Positions 1 to 12,215 of a stretch of DNA of 64,000 bases are shown here, in pieces. Each line of letters begins with the position of its first letter. The stretch's first letter is position 1. A model generated the notes under the pieces. The model was not told the origin of the DNA and searched no databases. It saw only the letters and a list, made by a program, of their open reading frames with translations. The position numbers were made by a program, and so were the translations under genes. This stretch comes from Callorhinchus milii (lineage: Eukaryota), in contig NW_024704742.1 of NCBI RefSeq assembly GCF_018977255.1, positions 100,876,001 to 100,940,000 on the forward strand, read 5' to 3'.

Positions 1-1134
1 CCGAGGGCTGTTCCTACCACATCTGTCTCCCGAGGGTTGCCACGCTTGCAGCATTGGCCAAAATAAAGTGGCTTCCTGGGGGATTGGCGCCCTTTCTAGC
101 AACAGTATGTTAATCAGTCAGCAGATGGTAGGATTTATTAAAGCTTGCTCCATAGATCCAACACATCACATGGTATGGAGTCAGTGCAGAAATAGTGATA
201 TATCTATTTGCAGCCAAGTTAATCCAAACGTATTGAAGGAAAATCTGAAGTGGCTCTTTACATCGAGGATTTGGTTTTAAGCATCCAGGACCATTGCAGT
301 GTCAGGCTAGAAATTGAGATCAAGGTCCTTACATGGGACTATCAATTATCTACCTTCCTCTTTTATCCGATTATTGCACAGTTTCCAATTTGAGCATCCA
401 ATTGAATTTGAAGTAATGTCAATGAAAATTCATATCTCTGCATTGTCTCTTTTGCATCATTGCGACTTTCTGAAGACAAACTGAAGACACTCATGGACAT
501 CTCTGCAGAGGCCATTTTGGTTCTATAAACTTTCTAAGGACATGTTACCTGTTGGAGCAGAAAAAAATGGAACATTATCATTGTCACATGCCTAAACACC
601 TGCCAATCTAATCTTGTGGCAGTGTAAGAATGCTCACGCCGCAATCCAGAGGTGACAGATTGGTGTTCCAAGCTTGTTGCATGAATTGGTTCAGATTATG
701 AGTTCAATCAGAATGGGGTCTAGACAGTCAACCACTAGACAAAGCATGCCATGAACTGTAGCAACACCATATTGAACTCAATTACGAACTGACATTCCCA
801 ATCCCATAGGCAAAACCCAGGGCTGAGTATAGTGGTATGTCTACAGCTAAGCTGTATCACCATGAAAGATGTTATGGAGACGAAGGGACCTGACATCTTT
901 TCCCCCGTACTTGAGAAAGTTCATTCCAGGTTTATAAATCGGAATTGTATTTTTGGGTGGCACTATGCTGGAAACAAAAATGTGTCCAATTGGAGGTGGA
1001 CTAATGTAAAGTTAAGAAACATAAAATATTTTAAATCTACAAAAAGACTTCATGGAGATGTTAGCACTCAATTTTTTTTCTGAAAGCTGTCTATATTAAT
1101 TTCACATCTTCTCATTCCACAGACATTTTTGAGA

Positions 1135-1523
1135 TGATTAGAGCACTCGCCAATCAGTGATTAGAACACTCGCCTCGCAAGCGAGAGACCTGGGTTTGAT
1201 TCCCGGCAGTGTGAAATGTTGGGAAGTTTCTTTACTCCACAAGTCTCTGTTTACCTAACAGTAAGTAGGAACACTGGTTGTTAGTCAATTGGTGGATCGT
1301 TTTTCTGGGGATAATATTTCCTTCAAATAAAATAATAATGAATTGGTCACTCAATCCATGGCTGTATGTGGGACACTGCTGTGCGCAATTGGCTGCTGCG
1401 ATTTGCCCACAAAATATACAAACAATTCACTTTAGAGTATATTCTTCGAAGCACTTTGAGACATCTCGAATAAGTGAGACAGTGCTATATCAAATGTAAG
1501 GATTATTATTATTATTTTTATTA
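1135..1523 (+). mobile_element. tRNA-Ala-derived CORE/Deu/L2-tail SINE (CmiSINE-like), long variant
   Basis: tRNA-like head with a locally duplicated TGATTAGAGCACTCGCC and B-box-like GGTTTGATTCC; CTCTGTTTACCTAACAGTAAGTAGG block; Deu-like GTGGGACACTGCTGTGCGCAATTGGCTGC; (ATT)n tail. Confidence 0.9.
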
Positions 1524-1828
1524 CCTTGCCCCCTTTCTACCAGTCTAAAACTTTGACATCTTGTTTGACCTTCAACTATCATTTCTACCCCACATCTGTA
1601 CCATGACCCACTCTGCCTTCCCCCACCTCCGCAACATCGCCCATCTCCACCACTGTCTCACACCCCAGGCCGCCGAAACCCTCATACACGCTTTCATTAC
1701 ATCGAGGCTTGACTATGCAACTCCTCCCTCTATAGGCTGCAGATCATCCAGAGCTCTGCAGCCCGTGCCCTCTCCCGCACCAGGCTCATGACCCTATCAT
1801 CCCCAGCCTCGCCTGACTCCACTGGCTA
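1524..1828 (+). mobile_element. L2 LINE ORF2 C-terminal fragment
   Basis: Translates LFDLQLSFLPHI..SAFPHLRNIA..AAETLIHAFITSRLDY. Confidence 0.9.
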
Positions 1829-1927
1829 CAAGGTGTTGCTTTGGGATGAGTTCCAATTACTAATTACACCAACGGAATCTTACTCAAATTGTTATGATTT
1901 GGAGAAAGCTCAGTTAATGCGAATGAA

Positions 1928-2635
1928 TGAACCAGGGTGATCGAAAGCACGGTCAAATAGGAGGGTCTGAGATGGGACATGAAGGTGGCAAGGGAGGGGA
2001 CGAGGCGGAGGGACTGCAGGATGGAGTTCCAGAAAGTGGGGTCAGAGTGGCAGAAGGCCCGCCCACCAATAGTGGGGTGAACGAGGCGGGGGACGGGAAG
2101 CAGGCTGGAGCCTGCTGAGCGGAGGGAGCGAGCAGGATGGTAGGGGGTTAGGAGGTTGCAGAGGTAGGTGGGAGCAAGACCATGGAGGGCTTCTAAAGGA
2201 TGGAGGGATTAAGGGATATGGGGATAGGGCTAGTAAATGGAATTAGATTAGAAGATCAGCCATGATATTATTAAATGGCGGGGCATGCTAGAGGGGCCGC
2301 ATGGTCTACTTCTGCTCCTACGTCTTATAGTCTTATGTCTTTGAAGGTGAGGACCAGGATCTTGAACTGTATCCTCTGTGTGATGGGAAGCCAGTGGAGT
2401 TGGGCAGAGTTGGCATAATCAAGCCTTGATATAATGAAAGCGTGTACGAGTGTTTCGGCAGCCTGTGGTGTGAGACAGTTGCGGAGCTGGGCGATGTTGC
2501 GGAGGTGGGGGAAGGCAGAGCGGGTCATGGCACAGATGTGGGGTAGGAAGGATAGTTGAGGGTCAAATAAGACTCCAAGGTTTCAGACTGGCTTAGTAAA
2601 GTGGAGTGTGCAACCATGGAAGATGATGCTGTTAA
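1928..2635 (-). mobile_element. L2 LINE 3' fragment interrupted by a CR1 tail
   Basis: Translates TRSAFPHLRNIA..AFIISRLDYANS..LHWLPITQRIQFKILVLTFK; resumes on the other side of 2193-2338. Confidence 0.9.
2193..2338 (+). mobile_element. CR1 LINE 3' end
   Basis: AAGGGATATGGG..GATCAGCCATGAT..AATGGCGG..GAGGGGCCGCATGGTCTACTTCTGCTCCTA followed by TCTTAT repeats, the typical chondrichthyan CR1 terminus; CTT on both sides. Confidence 0.85.
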
Positions 2636-2760
2636 TGTCATGTCACTGGATGGTTTATTGCAGTCCCTTCAGTTGATCTCTGTGCAGCCTATGCAGTTTA
2701 AGGCATGGCACTTGTTTATTTAAGTGAGTTTTGTCCCAGTCTTGCTAATTGCGTATCACT

Positions 2761-3070
2761 GTGGAGTCTTGTAGCTCAGTGGTTAGAGCACTCGCTTTGC
2801 AAGCGAGAGACCTGAGTTCAATTCCAGGCAGGGCAAAACGTTGGGCAAGTTTCCTTACTCCACACACCTAATAATAATTCCTCCAAAACCAAAAACAATA
2901 ATAAAAAATTGTTCATTTTCAATCTACGACTGCTTGTGGGACATTGTTGTGTGTAATTGGCTGCCGCGTTCACCCACAAATATACAGTGAATTCACTTTA
3001 CAGTGTGTTCTGTGAAGCGCTCCTGACGTGAAAAGCGCTATATCAAATGCAAGGATTATTATTATTATTA
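2761..3070 (+). mobile_element. CmiSINE-like SINE, short variant, full length
   Basis: GTGGAGTCTTGTAGCTCAGTGGTTAGAGC head, TTTGCAA anticodon loop, B-box GTTCAATTCC, Deu-like 3' part, L2-type tail, (ATT)n. Confidence 0.95.
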
Positions 3071-3784
3071 AACTATCATCCTTAAAAATGTTTTTAGCCA
3101 CACAATTTGTTTTACTATTTGTTCCTTCTCCCTGCTTAAAATGATTTGAAATTATTGGCTGGCTCAGTTTATATCGACGTTTGCAGAAAAATGATCCAAT
3201 TAATGTGTATTTACAATTGGTAGACACATGGCTGGTTCAGTGCTGTGTGGTGGTGCCTTGAAGGCCTTATATTGGGTACCACCAAGTATTAATTTGGCTT
3301 TGCCTTCATTACCTTCTGCATGCTGTGATAACTATCTGAGGCAAGTGAAGGCTCAGATCTTCCTTACAGGCAGGGAGAGTAATCTTTGACGAGTGATTAC
3401 TTCAGAGCACAGCTGGCTGGTTGTGGCATTGGATTGCATTTCCTACCTGTCACATTAATGGGGCTGGTTCACAACAAAGAGAGACAAGAAAAGGGAAAAC
3501 GTAATAAAAGGAAGCTCTTAGTGGATATGAATTGATGTTGATCCTGGAGCCTAGTTTGAAAGCTAAAATTCTTTTATTGGTGCTCAATAGTGATACAGCA
3601 GCTGAGCCACTAATAAGGTTATTATTAGGTTATCCTAAATAAGGTTATACAATGAATATATCTGAGATAAGGAGAATGGCTAAGATTCTGTTTCCAAGAT
3701 GCTCATGATGGCGATTCACCTTCATTGAGATTAGTTGAATAAATTACTGTCATGATTCCGTCCATCACACTCACTACTGGACTA

Positions 3785-4355
3785 TAAACAACAACAACTT
3801 GCATTTATATTGCGCCCCTCACACAAGGTAGTGTCCCTGAGAGCTTGACAGTGGTGAAGCATGACGCCAAGCCAGGATGAGGAGGGAGGTGACCATAGGC
3901 ACAGAAGATGGGGAAGGAAGGGGCAAGGCGGAGGGATATAGGAAGAGTGTTCCAGAGATTTGAGGCATTGTGGCTGAAAACGCAGCCACCGATGATGGAA
4001 TGGAGGGAATGAGGACATGCAGGAGGCCAGAGCCAGTCGAGTGGAAGCAGCCGGTAGTTGGTTGGTTAGTAAGGAGGTCGGAGAGGTACAGAAATGCCAG
4101 GGCATGAAGGGATTTGAAAATGAGTGTGAGGATCTTGAAATTAATCCATTCAGCAGAACAGAGCCAGTGGAACCTGGCTAGGACTAGTGTGATTGGGGTA
4201 TGGAGTTTAGTACGGGTAAGTATGTGGGAGGTGGAGTTTGGAATCAGCTGGATGTTGTGGATGGTGGTGCTGGGGAGACCGGCGAAGAGAGCATTTGAAT
4301 AGTCAAGGTGACAAATGCATGGGACAAGTGTTTCGGCTGCGTCTGCAGTAAGGTA
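3785..4355 (-). mobile_element. Old L2 LINE 3' fragment
   Basis: AACAACAACTTGCATTTATAT tail plus degraded ORF2 C-terminus similar to 36900-37503. Confidence 0.8.
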
Positions 4356-4521
4356 CGGAATGGTACCTTACCGCACTTTCAAGGCAGTGAGAATAGAGGT
4401 TAACTCACAGCCAGTATAGAATATCCTGAACTTTGCATTTTATCAATATCTTGACTGATCTGGGTGGTTAATGTAGCTGCTGAAAGTGATCCGATCACTG
4501 TCCCATCACCTATCACCAGAT

Positions 4522-4749
4522 CACAAGATTGGATAAAGAAGGCCATTTGGCCCATTTGATCTCATCCTTCCTGAAAAAATATTCTTCCCATCATAGCATC
4601 AAGCAGTTTCTTAAATGATTCCAGCATCCTGGCTTCAACCACACTTCCTGGCAATCTACTCTAGTTGCTAATTACCCTCTGGGCTAAAGAAATACTTCCT
4701 GATGTCAATCCTGAATTTGTCATTTCCTAAACCTGTGTGCTCTTGTTCT
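4522..4749 (-). mobile_element. Old CR1 LINE 3' fragment
   Basis: Minus strand reads FRIDIRKYFFS (CR1 ORF2 end); GAAGGCCATTTGGCCCAT terminus. Confidence 0.75.
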
Positions 4750-6740
4750 GCAAGATCTACTGCGGTGCTCTTACCTCCGCCAAATCCTCCTTCTACTCCA
4801 AGGTTATCTTGGAGGCAAAGGGGAACCCCTGGCTTCTCTTTTCCACCGCTAACCGTCTCCTCCGTCCACCTTCCCATACCTCGCACATCCTCTCCTCAAA
4901 CTCCAACTGTGAGATGATGCTAGACTTCCTCAAATCTAAAATTGAGGGGATACATTCAGCCACCTCAGGCCCGTCCACAGCCACCCCCACATCACCTCTC
5001 CCTGATGACCCACCCCCCCACCCATGCCCCCCATACTCCTTTGAGCCTAACCCTCCCTCCTCCCTCACCACGACTGTCCGCAAACTCAAACCCACCACCT
5101 GCTCCCTCGATCCCATCCCACCTCTCTCCTCGTCTCCCAGCTTCACCTTCTGGCCCCACTCCTGTCCCATGTCATCAACCTCTCCCTGTTCACTGGTTCA
5201 GTTCCCAACCCCCTAAAAACAGCCATCATCACCCCCATCCTGAAAAAATCTTCCCTGGATCCAACCCTCCTCTCCAGCTACTACCCCATCTCTAACATCC
5301 CATTCCTCTCTATTCCTCTCTATCATTCCTGGAATGAGTCGTTGTGTCCCAGTTCTGCTCCGCTCCTTTCTCGCTTGCCATTTCTTCTTTGAACCCCTCC
5401 AATCCGGCTTCCATGCTGCCCACAGCCCGGAAACAGCCCTGGTCAAAGTCACTAATGACAATCTGAACATCTGTGATCAGGGCTCCCTCTGCCTCCTTTT
5501 TCTCCTCGACCTCTCTGCCACCTTCGACACTGTCGACCACTGTATCCTCATACATCACCTCTCCTCTTTACTTAATCTTCACGGACCTGCCCTTGCCTGG
5601 TTCAATTCTTATCTCTTTCACTATCTCCATTTTGTTGCCTCTAACGGTTTCTCCTCCAGCCCCCGCATTGTCATGTCTGGCATCCCCCAGGGCTCTGTCC
5701 TTGGCCCTCTCCTCTTTAATATCTACATGCTCCCCCTTGGTGACATCACCGCAGACATGGGGTCAACTTCCATACGTATGCGGATGACACCCAACTCTAT
5801 CTTTCTGCCTCCACCCTCAACTCCAGGACCACTGCTGTTCTGACAGACTGCCTGTCGGACATCAAGTCCTGGATGAGGGCAAATTTCCTACAGTTGAATG
5901 TGAACAAGACTAAGACCCTCCAGATTGGCTCGCGCCAGCGCCTCAGCACCTCAGGCTCTGGCAACGTTAACCTCCATGGTTGCTCTACAACTCACCAAGC
6001 CAGTCAGGAACCTAGGTGTCTTGTTCAACCCTCAACTGTCTTTTCCACCCCACATTCAAGCCATGACCCGCTCTGCCTTCCCTCACCTCCGTTACATTGC
6101 CCGACTCTGCCACTACCTCACCCCTCAGGCCCCTGAAACTCTTGTTCATGCTTCTTCACCTCCAGGCTCGACTATGCAAATGCCCTGCTTGTCGGCCTTC
6201 CTAACTCCTCCCTCCACAGGCTGCAGATAATCCCAAACTGTGCAGCCCGTGTCCTTTCTCGCACCAAACTCCGTAACCCCTCTCCCCCACTCTCACCCGA
6301 CTCCATTGGCTCCCTATCCTTCAGAGGATCCAGTTCAGGATCCTGGTCCTCCCATACAAAGCCCTCCATGGCCTTGCCCCACCCTACCTCCTCGACCTCC
6401 TAACCCCTATCAACCCGCCCGTTCCCTCTGTTCAGCCGGCTCTGGCCTGCTCCACGTCCCCCGACCCACCTGCCCCACCATTGGCGGGAGAGCCTTGAGC
6501 CACTCTGCCCTAACCTCTGGAATTCCATCCCCCATTCACTCTGGCTCACCCCCCTCCTTAGCCTCCATCAAGTCCCGCCTCAAGACCCTCCTCTTCGACC
6601 ATGCCATCGGCCACCCCCCTTCCCCTCTCCTCCCTTACCCTCCAACCCCAGCTCGGGTCTGAAATGCTGTATTCTGTCCAGCGCCTTTGGATGTCCTCCC
6701 GACGTGAAAGGCTCTATACAAATGTAATCTTGTTGTTATT
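4750..6740 (+). mobile_element. 5'-truncated L2 LINE (~2 kb) with frameshifted reverse transcriptase
   Basis: RT motifs [42 protein letters not shown] and YADD (TATGCGGATGAC) split across frames; tail GTCCTCCCGACGTGAAAGG..CTTGTTGTT. Confidence 0.97.
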
Positions 6741-6884
6741 TTGAGCGTCCAAAAGTATTCCTCTGGATTTACATTTTAATCTCATTAAAAATGTAAAATA
6801 TTTCAACAAAGTTCCTTCTGAAATGTGTCCTTTCTAGACTGAAGCTTGTCTAATCATTGCTTATAGCTCACTCCTCTACCACTG

Positions 6885-7241
6885 AGAATCAGCCTGACTC
6901 AGTTAATCGCACTCTCACCTTTGAGTTTGGTTGTGAATTCAAGCCCAAAACTTGAGGGATGTGATGCATTGTCAGAGGTGCTGTTAAACCAACGTCCCAT
7001 CTACCTGTTCAGGTGGATGTTAAAGATCTTTTGGTACAACTGAAAAAGAGAAAGACCTTTCTCCTGATGTCCTGGCTAACAATTCCCCAGATAATATTGT
7101 TCATCCATTTCATGGCCCATTATGGGACTTGCTGAGTACAAATCTTTGCATTTGTCTACAAAATACACAGTTAATGCATGAAAAGCTTTGGGATGTCCTC
7201 CTAACATGAAAAAGGCTAGATCAAAATCAAAGATTATTTAT
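6885..7241 (+). mobile_element. tRNA-Deu-L2 SINE (SacSINE1-like), diverged
   Basis: Deu-domain GCATTGTCAGAGGTGCTG..TTCAGGTGGATGTTAAAGATC..TGTCCTGGC plus the shared L2-type tail. Confidence 0.85.
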
Positions 7242-7242
7242 T

Positions 7243-7350
7243 TAGCATCCTTGTTGCTCTCCTCTGCACTTCTTCTAGGACCTTGGCAACCCTTCTCCCC
7301 AACTCCTATGGTGTGGAGACCAGAACTGTATGCAGTTATACTTTAGCTGT
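7243..7350 (-). mobile_element. CR1 ORF2 fragment
   Basis: CATCCTTGTTGCTCTCCTCTGCAC..CCAGAACTGTATGCAG is the reverse complement of a CIQFWSP..LEEVQRRATRM-like segment. Confidence 0.6.
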
Positions 7351-9130
7351 ACAGTGCTCTCGACAGATGAGGCCTTTTGAGAGCGCTTCTATCTTTTATG
7401 AGCAAAAACAATTGCCAAAAGATGTTATCCGGTTCTTTTATCCTTGCGGATACGAGTTCTACATTTTAACAAAATGAAATCTAAGTTGATGTAGAATAGA
7501 ATTGAACATTAGAGTATCGTGCAATTGTGTGCTACAAGATAATAGAGCTCTATTTTCAGGATTTGATTCATGTTGTCAAGGATTTTGGAGTACTGCCCTC
7601 CAGCTATCGAATTATGTCTGAATTCACAAATTCTTTCAATCCCTAAGACAGAGTCTATATTTCTTGCTGTATCAAAAAGCAAGAACAATTAAGGAATGTA
7701 TAGTATAATTCTAACCCACAAGCGCTCTTGGGTAGATCCCATGATACAGGAAAGGGTAGTTGTAGGTCACAACGTTGCTAAATGTGACAGAGGTATTAGT
7801 CATTCTGATGGACTTGAAATAAAGGTCAGATTTAAATCAGAATCCACAAGGATAATTTATAGTTAGAAGCAGATGCCACAGAAATAACTAAGAGTTTATT
7901 GAGGCTCCAGCCAAAGAATAGACAAAAGAGATACATGGGTCTCAAAAGATTAAACAACATCTATTATGAACGATTCATCTGGACAGTGTAATACTGCAGT
8001 GTTTATCTCCATTGAATAACTCGACCCAGGAGTACTCTAAACTAAAAATAAAGAAATCTTATTTTGTGGTGTTCAGTCGCTGTTTATCTGTCATCTTGGG
8101 ACCCAGAATTTTCAATTACGCTTGACACTTTCAGTGAGCCTGCCTTGTGAAACAGATTCACGTTTATACATCATGTTTCCCAGAGAAGAGCAGACTATAA
8201 TAAGTATCATTACACAGTGGGTTCCATGGGAAAACAACAACAACAAATTACACTTTCATAACGACCTTCACATTGGAAAGATGTCCCAGGGCGCTGGAGA
8301 ATCATAGGTTTTGGGGGTTGAACAAACTGTTTGAAGCCTGATTTTGAAAAGTTTGGGTCCAACAGTAAGTAACAAATGATTTTGATGTAAATGGTTACTT
8401 TTCAATTTTCTTGAAGTACTTTTCATTTTTCAACAATCTCCCAGGTGATCCTTTCTTACACGAACATTTTGTCGATCTGTTCCTCTGTTGTAGTGTGGAT
8501 TCTGGACTCACTGAAAAAATATAAACCTTTATTTACCAAAATGTCTTTCCAAAGGCAGGTATGGCACTGACTAACAGAAATTAATATTTTGTTTATTAAT
8601 TGCCAAATATAACAAAACAAAACTGCAAGATTAGACAACACCAATTTACATTTGTATATGGCCTTTCACATTAGATTATGCCATTTTATGTAACTGACAG
8701 GGAGTTGGGGATAGAGGGATAGATCTCTAGGTGGGTTTTGAAGACAGAAAGGTTGGGGGCAAGGTGGAGGGACTCTGGGATGGAATTCTTGAGAGTAGGG
8801 GAAGAATAACTGAAAGCAGAAAATAACTGAAACTGAAATTGATGGGGCAGAGTGGGTGTCCACAATAGATAGTATTGAACACAGTTATGTTGTACAAATT
8901 AATTTTCAGATTATTTCACTGAACAGTTTCACACTCCCAAACCTTTTAAGATTAAGCTTTCTGTATGTTGCCTGGGGATCTTTCTTTTATTTTTCCCTTT
9001 AAAAAAAGAAGACAGTATTTCTCTTTGTTCAGGATAATGATGTGTGTGATGAAATGTGTGGAGTTTGTTTGGAACTAAGTTATCTGTTTTAAATTTTTAT
9101 TGTTAGAGCCCCAATATGGCGTTTGACACA

Positions 9131-9546
9131 TAATAATATTCCTTGCATTTGATATAGCACCTTATCACGTCTTTGAGATGTCTCAAAGCGCTTCACAGAA
9201 TATACTGTAAAGTGAATTGACAGTATATTTCATGGGCGAAATGCCGATTGCGCACAGTAGTGTCTCACAAACAGTCATGGTTTGAGTGACCAAATTTTTA
9301 TTATTTTCTCTGTTGTAGTGTGGATTCTGGACTGACTGGGTTTGATTCCTGTGCAGGGCAAAACGTTGGTCAAATTGTTAATTATTTTGACCACTCGATT
9401 AACGACCAGGTTCCTACTTACTGCTGGGTAAACAAAGGCGCGTGAAGTAAGGAAACTTGCCCAATGTTTTATCCTGCCCAGGAATGGAACCCAGATCCTC
9501 TCGCTTGCAAGGCGAATGCTCTAACCACTAAGCTACAGAACTCCAC
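9131..9546 (-). mobile_element. CmiSINE-like SINE, long variant, internally rearranged
   Basis: Tail at 9131-9305 and head at 9390-9546 on the minus strand, separated by foreign and inverted pieces. Confidence 0.9.
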
Positions 9547-9614
9547 ATGTTGCAGTTCTCAGATCTATCTGTTACAGTCTAATTAAGGAATTTTTTAGAC
9601 AGATTGAATGTATT

Positions 9615-9788
9615 AGTGTAGAGTGAGTATGTGTGTGAGTGAGTGTATGTAAGAGAGTATATGTGAAAGAGTATGTATGAGTGAGTATGAGAAAGACAGT
9701 GTGTATGCGAGAAAGGCAACATGTGTGAGAGAGAGTTAGCATGGGTGAGAAGCAGTTTGTGAGTGTGCACGATAGAGATGTGTGTATA
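9615..9788. repeat. Degenerate (GT/GA)n low-complexity tract
   Basis: GTGTGTGAGTGAGTGTATG-type runs. Confidence 0.8.
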
Positions 9789-11871
9789 GCTAGCTTCTCA
9801 CCTCAAAAAATGTATCTCAATCACATGAGCGCTTCATCAAACTGGACTAACTCAGCAGGAGGGAACCCGCTTTTGATAATAAATGGGGCTTTACTTCTTC
9901 TGAAACTTGTCTTGGTTGACTGCTTCAGATCGATTTGATACTGATTTCTAGCCCTCAGAGCTTTATATTATTTATCTGTTTGGCCTCCAGGTTAGTTTCT
10001 ACCTCCTTATTGAATACCTTCCTGTAAGGCTTCCCTTGACTTGCTAATTTGTACAAATTCAAACACAAAGTATACAATGCTCAAAACATGTTCTGCCTCC
10101 CCACTATCTTGTATCAATTTGTGTTCTACTGTATAACTTATCTTTTGTTGCGTGTGCTGGTGGAGTATATACAATTGCTGCCTAGCCCTCATTTCTAATT
10201 TATGACCCATGGTGCCTTCAGATTAGCTGTTTGCTTGTTTACATGTGCAATGACCGGCTTCCCAGTTATATAACCGGCTTTAAATTTACATTGAGAACCA
10301 GTTACTGAAATGTTGACAAATGCTCAGGACAGGATTATTTGTTAATGAAAAAAACCTGCAATAAAAAAAGGAATCATTTTCTCTCTCTTTCTCCGATTCT
10401 AGAAATGACTGGGGTGCAAGATGTGCAAAATTTCATTCATCTCAGGAAAATGAACACAGTAAGAAGTCCAGCATGTTGATTTTACATGCAAAAACACACA
10501 GTAACTACACTTTACAGTACAACCTGCGTAAGGGGCGATATATAAATGCATTGTCAGAGGTGCTATTATTCAGATGGGATTGAAACAAAGACAATCAATG
10601 ACCTTTTAGAAAGAGTAATTGAGTGTCACATAGATGAATTTCTACCACTGCTATCTGAGATGCTAACACCTTTGCTGGGAGACTCAAATGGTGTCAAGCG
10701 CAATGCCATACATTAATGACATTGTGCAACTGATCGTATCTGGGTTTAATAATAAAAAGCACATTTAAAATATGCAGTATTAAAGGGCTTGTTAAGCAAC
10801 GGCACTGCCAACAAACGGCAAACAATCTTGAATTGCAAAGGTCAGTGCTACAGCACTCAGTCATTAACCAGCTGCATTGCAAACTTTCCAGGTAGCTACT
10901 AAATGCAATTTGCGCAGCAGATAGTTTCAAGAGATGAGTGTGGCTCCCCCCCACCCCTACCCAAAAAAAACCCTTAGGCTTGCGATAAATATTTATATAT
11001 TCATGAAATTATGCATGAAATAAAACCGCAGGAATATAACTCATGCATTTTCAAATTGATTGCATGAATTTGTGTCATAACATTAGGAAGAAATGTAAGA
11101 AGTTATATTCCATCTGTCGAGTGAACATTAGCAGTCAGAGAAATGCACAGGGATTTTTTTTAATGGTATTACATAATAAAATGCTATTTCAGTTTTATCA
11201 GACCATGAAGCATCTGAGGTTCATGGCATTTATAAAAATGGGCTCATTCTGATATAGCAGGAGTCACAAGCTTAATCTGGCAAATTCTCATTCAGGGATT
11301 CAAAACGAAGAAAAAGACTCTGGAATGGTCAACTACACTATTAGAAGATATTTGAAAAGGAGACTACAGATTAATCTTTTTCCTGCTTTAGAGCCCTGGA
11401 TTTTCTATTCAAAGCATTTTAAACGTAATTGAGTGGAACAACTCACTGCACTTCTATTAGGTGTGTAGTAGTTATTATGGTGCTCATGCGAGCGATAAGA
11501 GGTCTGGAATCAGCTTATTGGACAAATATTTGGCAAGAAAAAGGAAATGAAAATCACTGCAATGTGATGCCTGTTGGACGATATTGACAAATAAACATAA
11601 CTAGCACATTTTTATTCTTATAAAGATATATTTTTGTCATTTTTCTGTAACACATGGATTTACCTTGTGCAATGGATTGGGTGATCTGCAACACAGAATC
11701 TACTCCTTCCAGGTAGAATGCAGAACTGAGTAGCTGCCTGTGATTTAGAAACACATATCATTAACAAAGTGTTGTCTTTCTGATTTTTGCCTCCAAAATA
11801 TACAGTCACTAAACTTTAGTGAATTCCTGTGAAATGCTTTGAGATCTTAACATGGCATTAAAGGCATTTTA

Positions 11872-12215
11872 GCCCTGCGCACTTGCCTCTGAGGCAAGAA
11901 GGTTGTGGGTCAAGCCCCACATTGGTTTCACAGTCCAGGCGACACTCCAGTGCAGTCCTGGGGAACATTGCATTTTTGAAGGTGCTGTGCTTGTGGAAGA
12001 GACATTAAATTGAGACTTTATCTGCCTGTTCAGATGAATGTTAAAGTTCATGTTTGAAAAAAGAAGGTAATATCTCCCAGGGTCCTCGCCAACAATCCCC
12101 CAGATAAAATTGGTTATTCACTTCATGGCTGTTTGTGGGACATTGCTGTGTAAAAATTGCCAACCGCATTCACCTACGAATACACAGTTATTAGATTTTA
12201 CAGTGAAATCATATG
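11872..12215 (+). mobile_element. SacSINE1-like Deu SINE
   Basis: GCCTCTGAGGCAAGAAGGTTGTGGGTCAAGCCCCAC head, GACACTCCAGTGCAG, Deu core. Confidence 0.9.

Noticed and set aside
2764..2836. tRNA-Ala(TGC)-like cloverleaf (also at 16380, 35850, 62718 and others)
   Set aside because: Always fused to the SINE body and tail, with an imperfect T-arm and variable anticodon loops; a SINE head, not a tRNA gene
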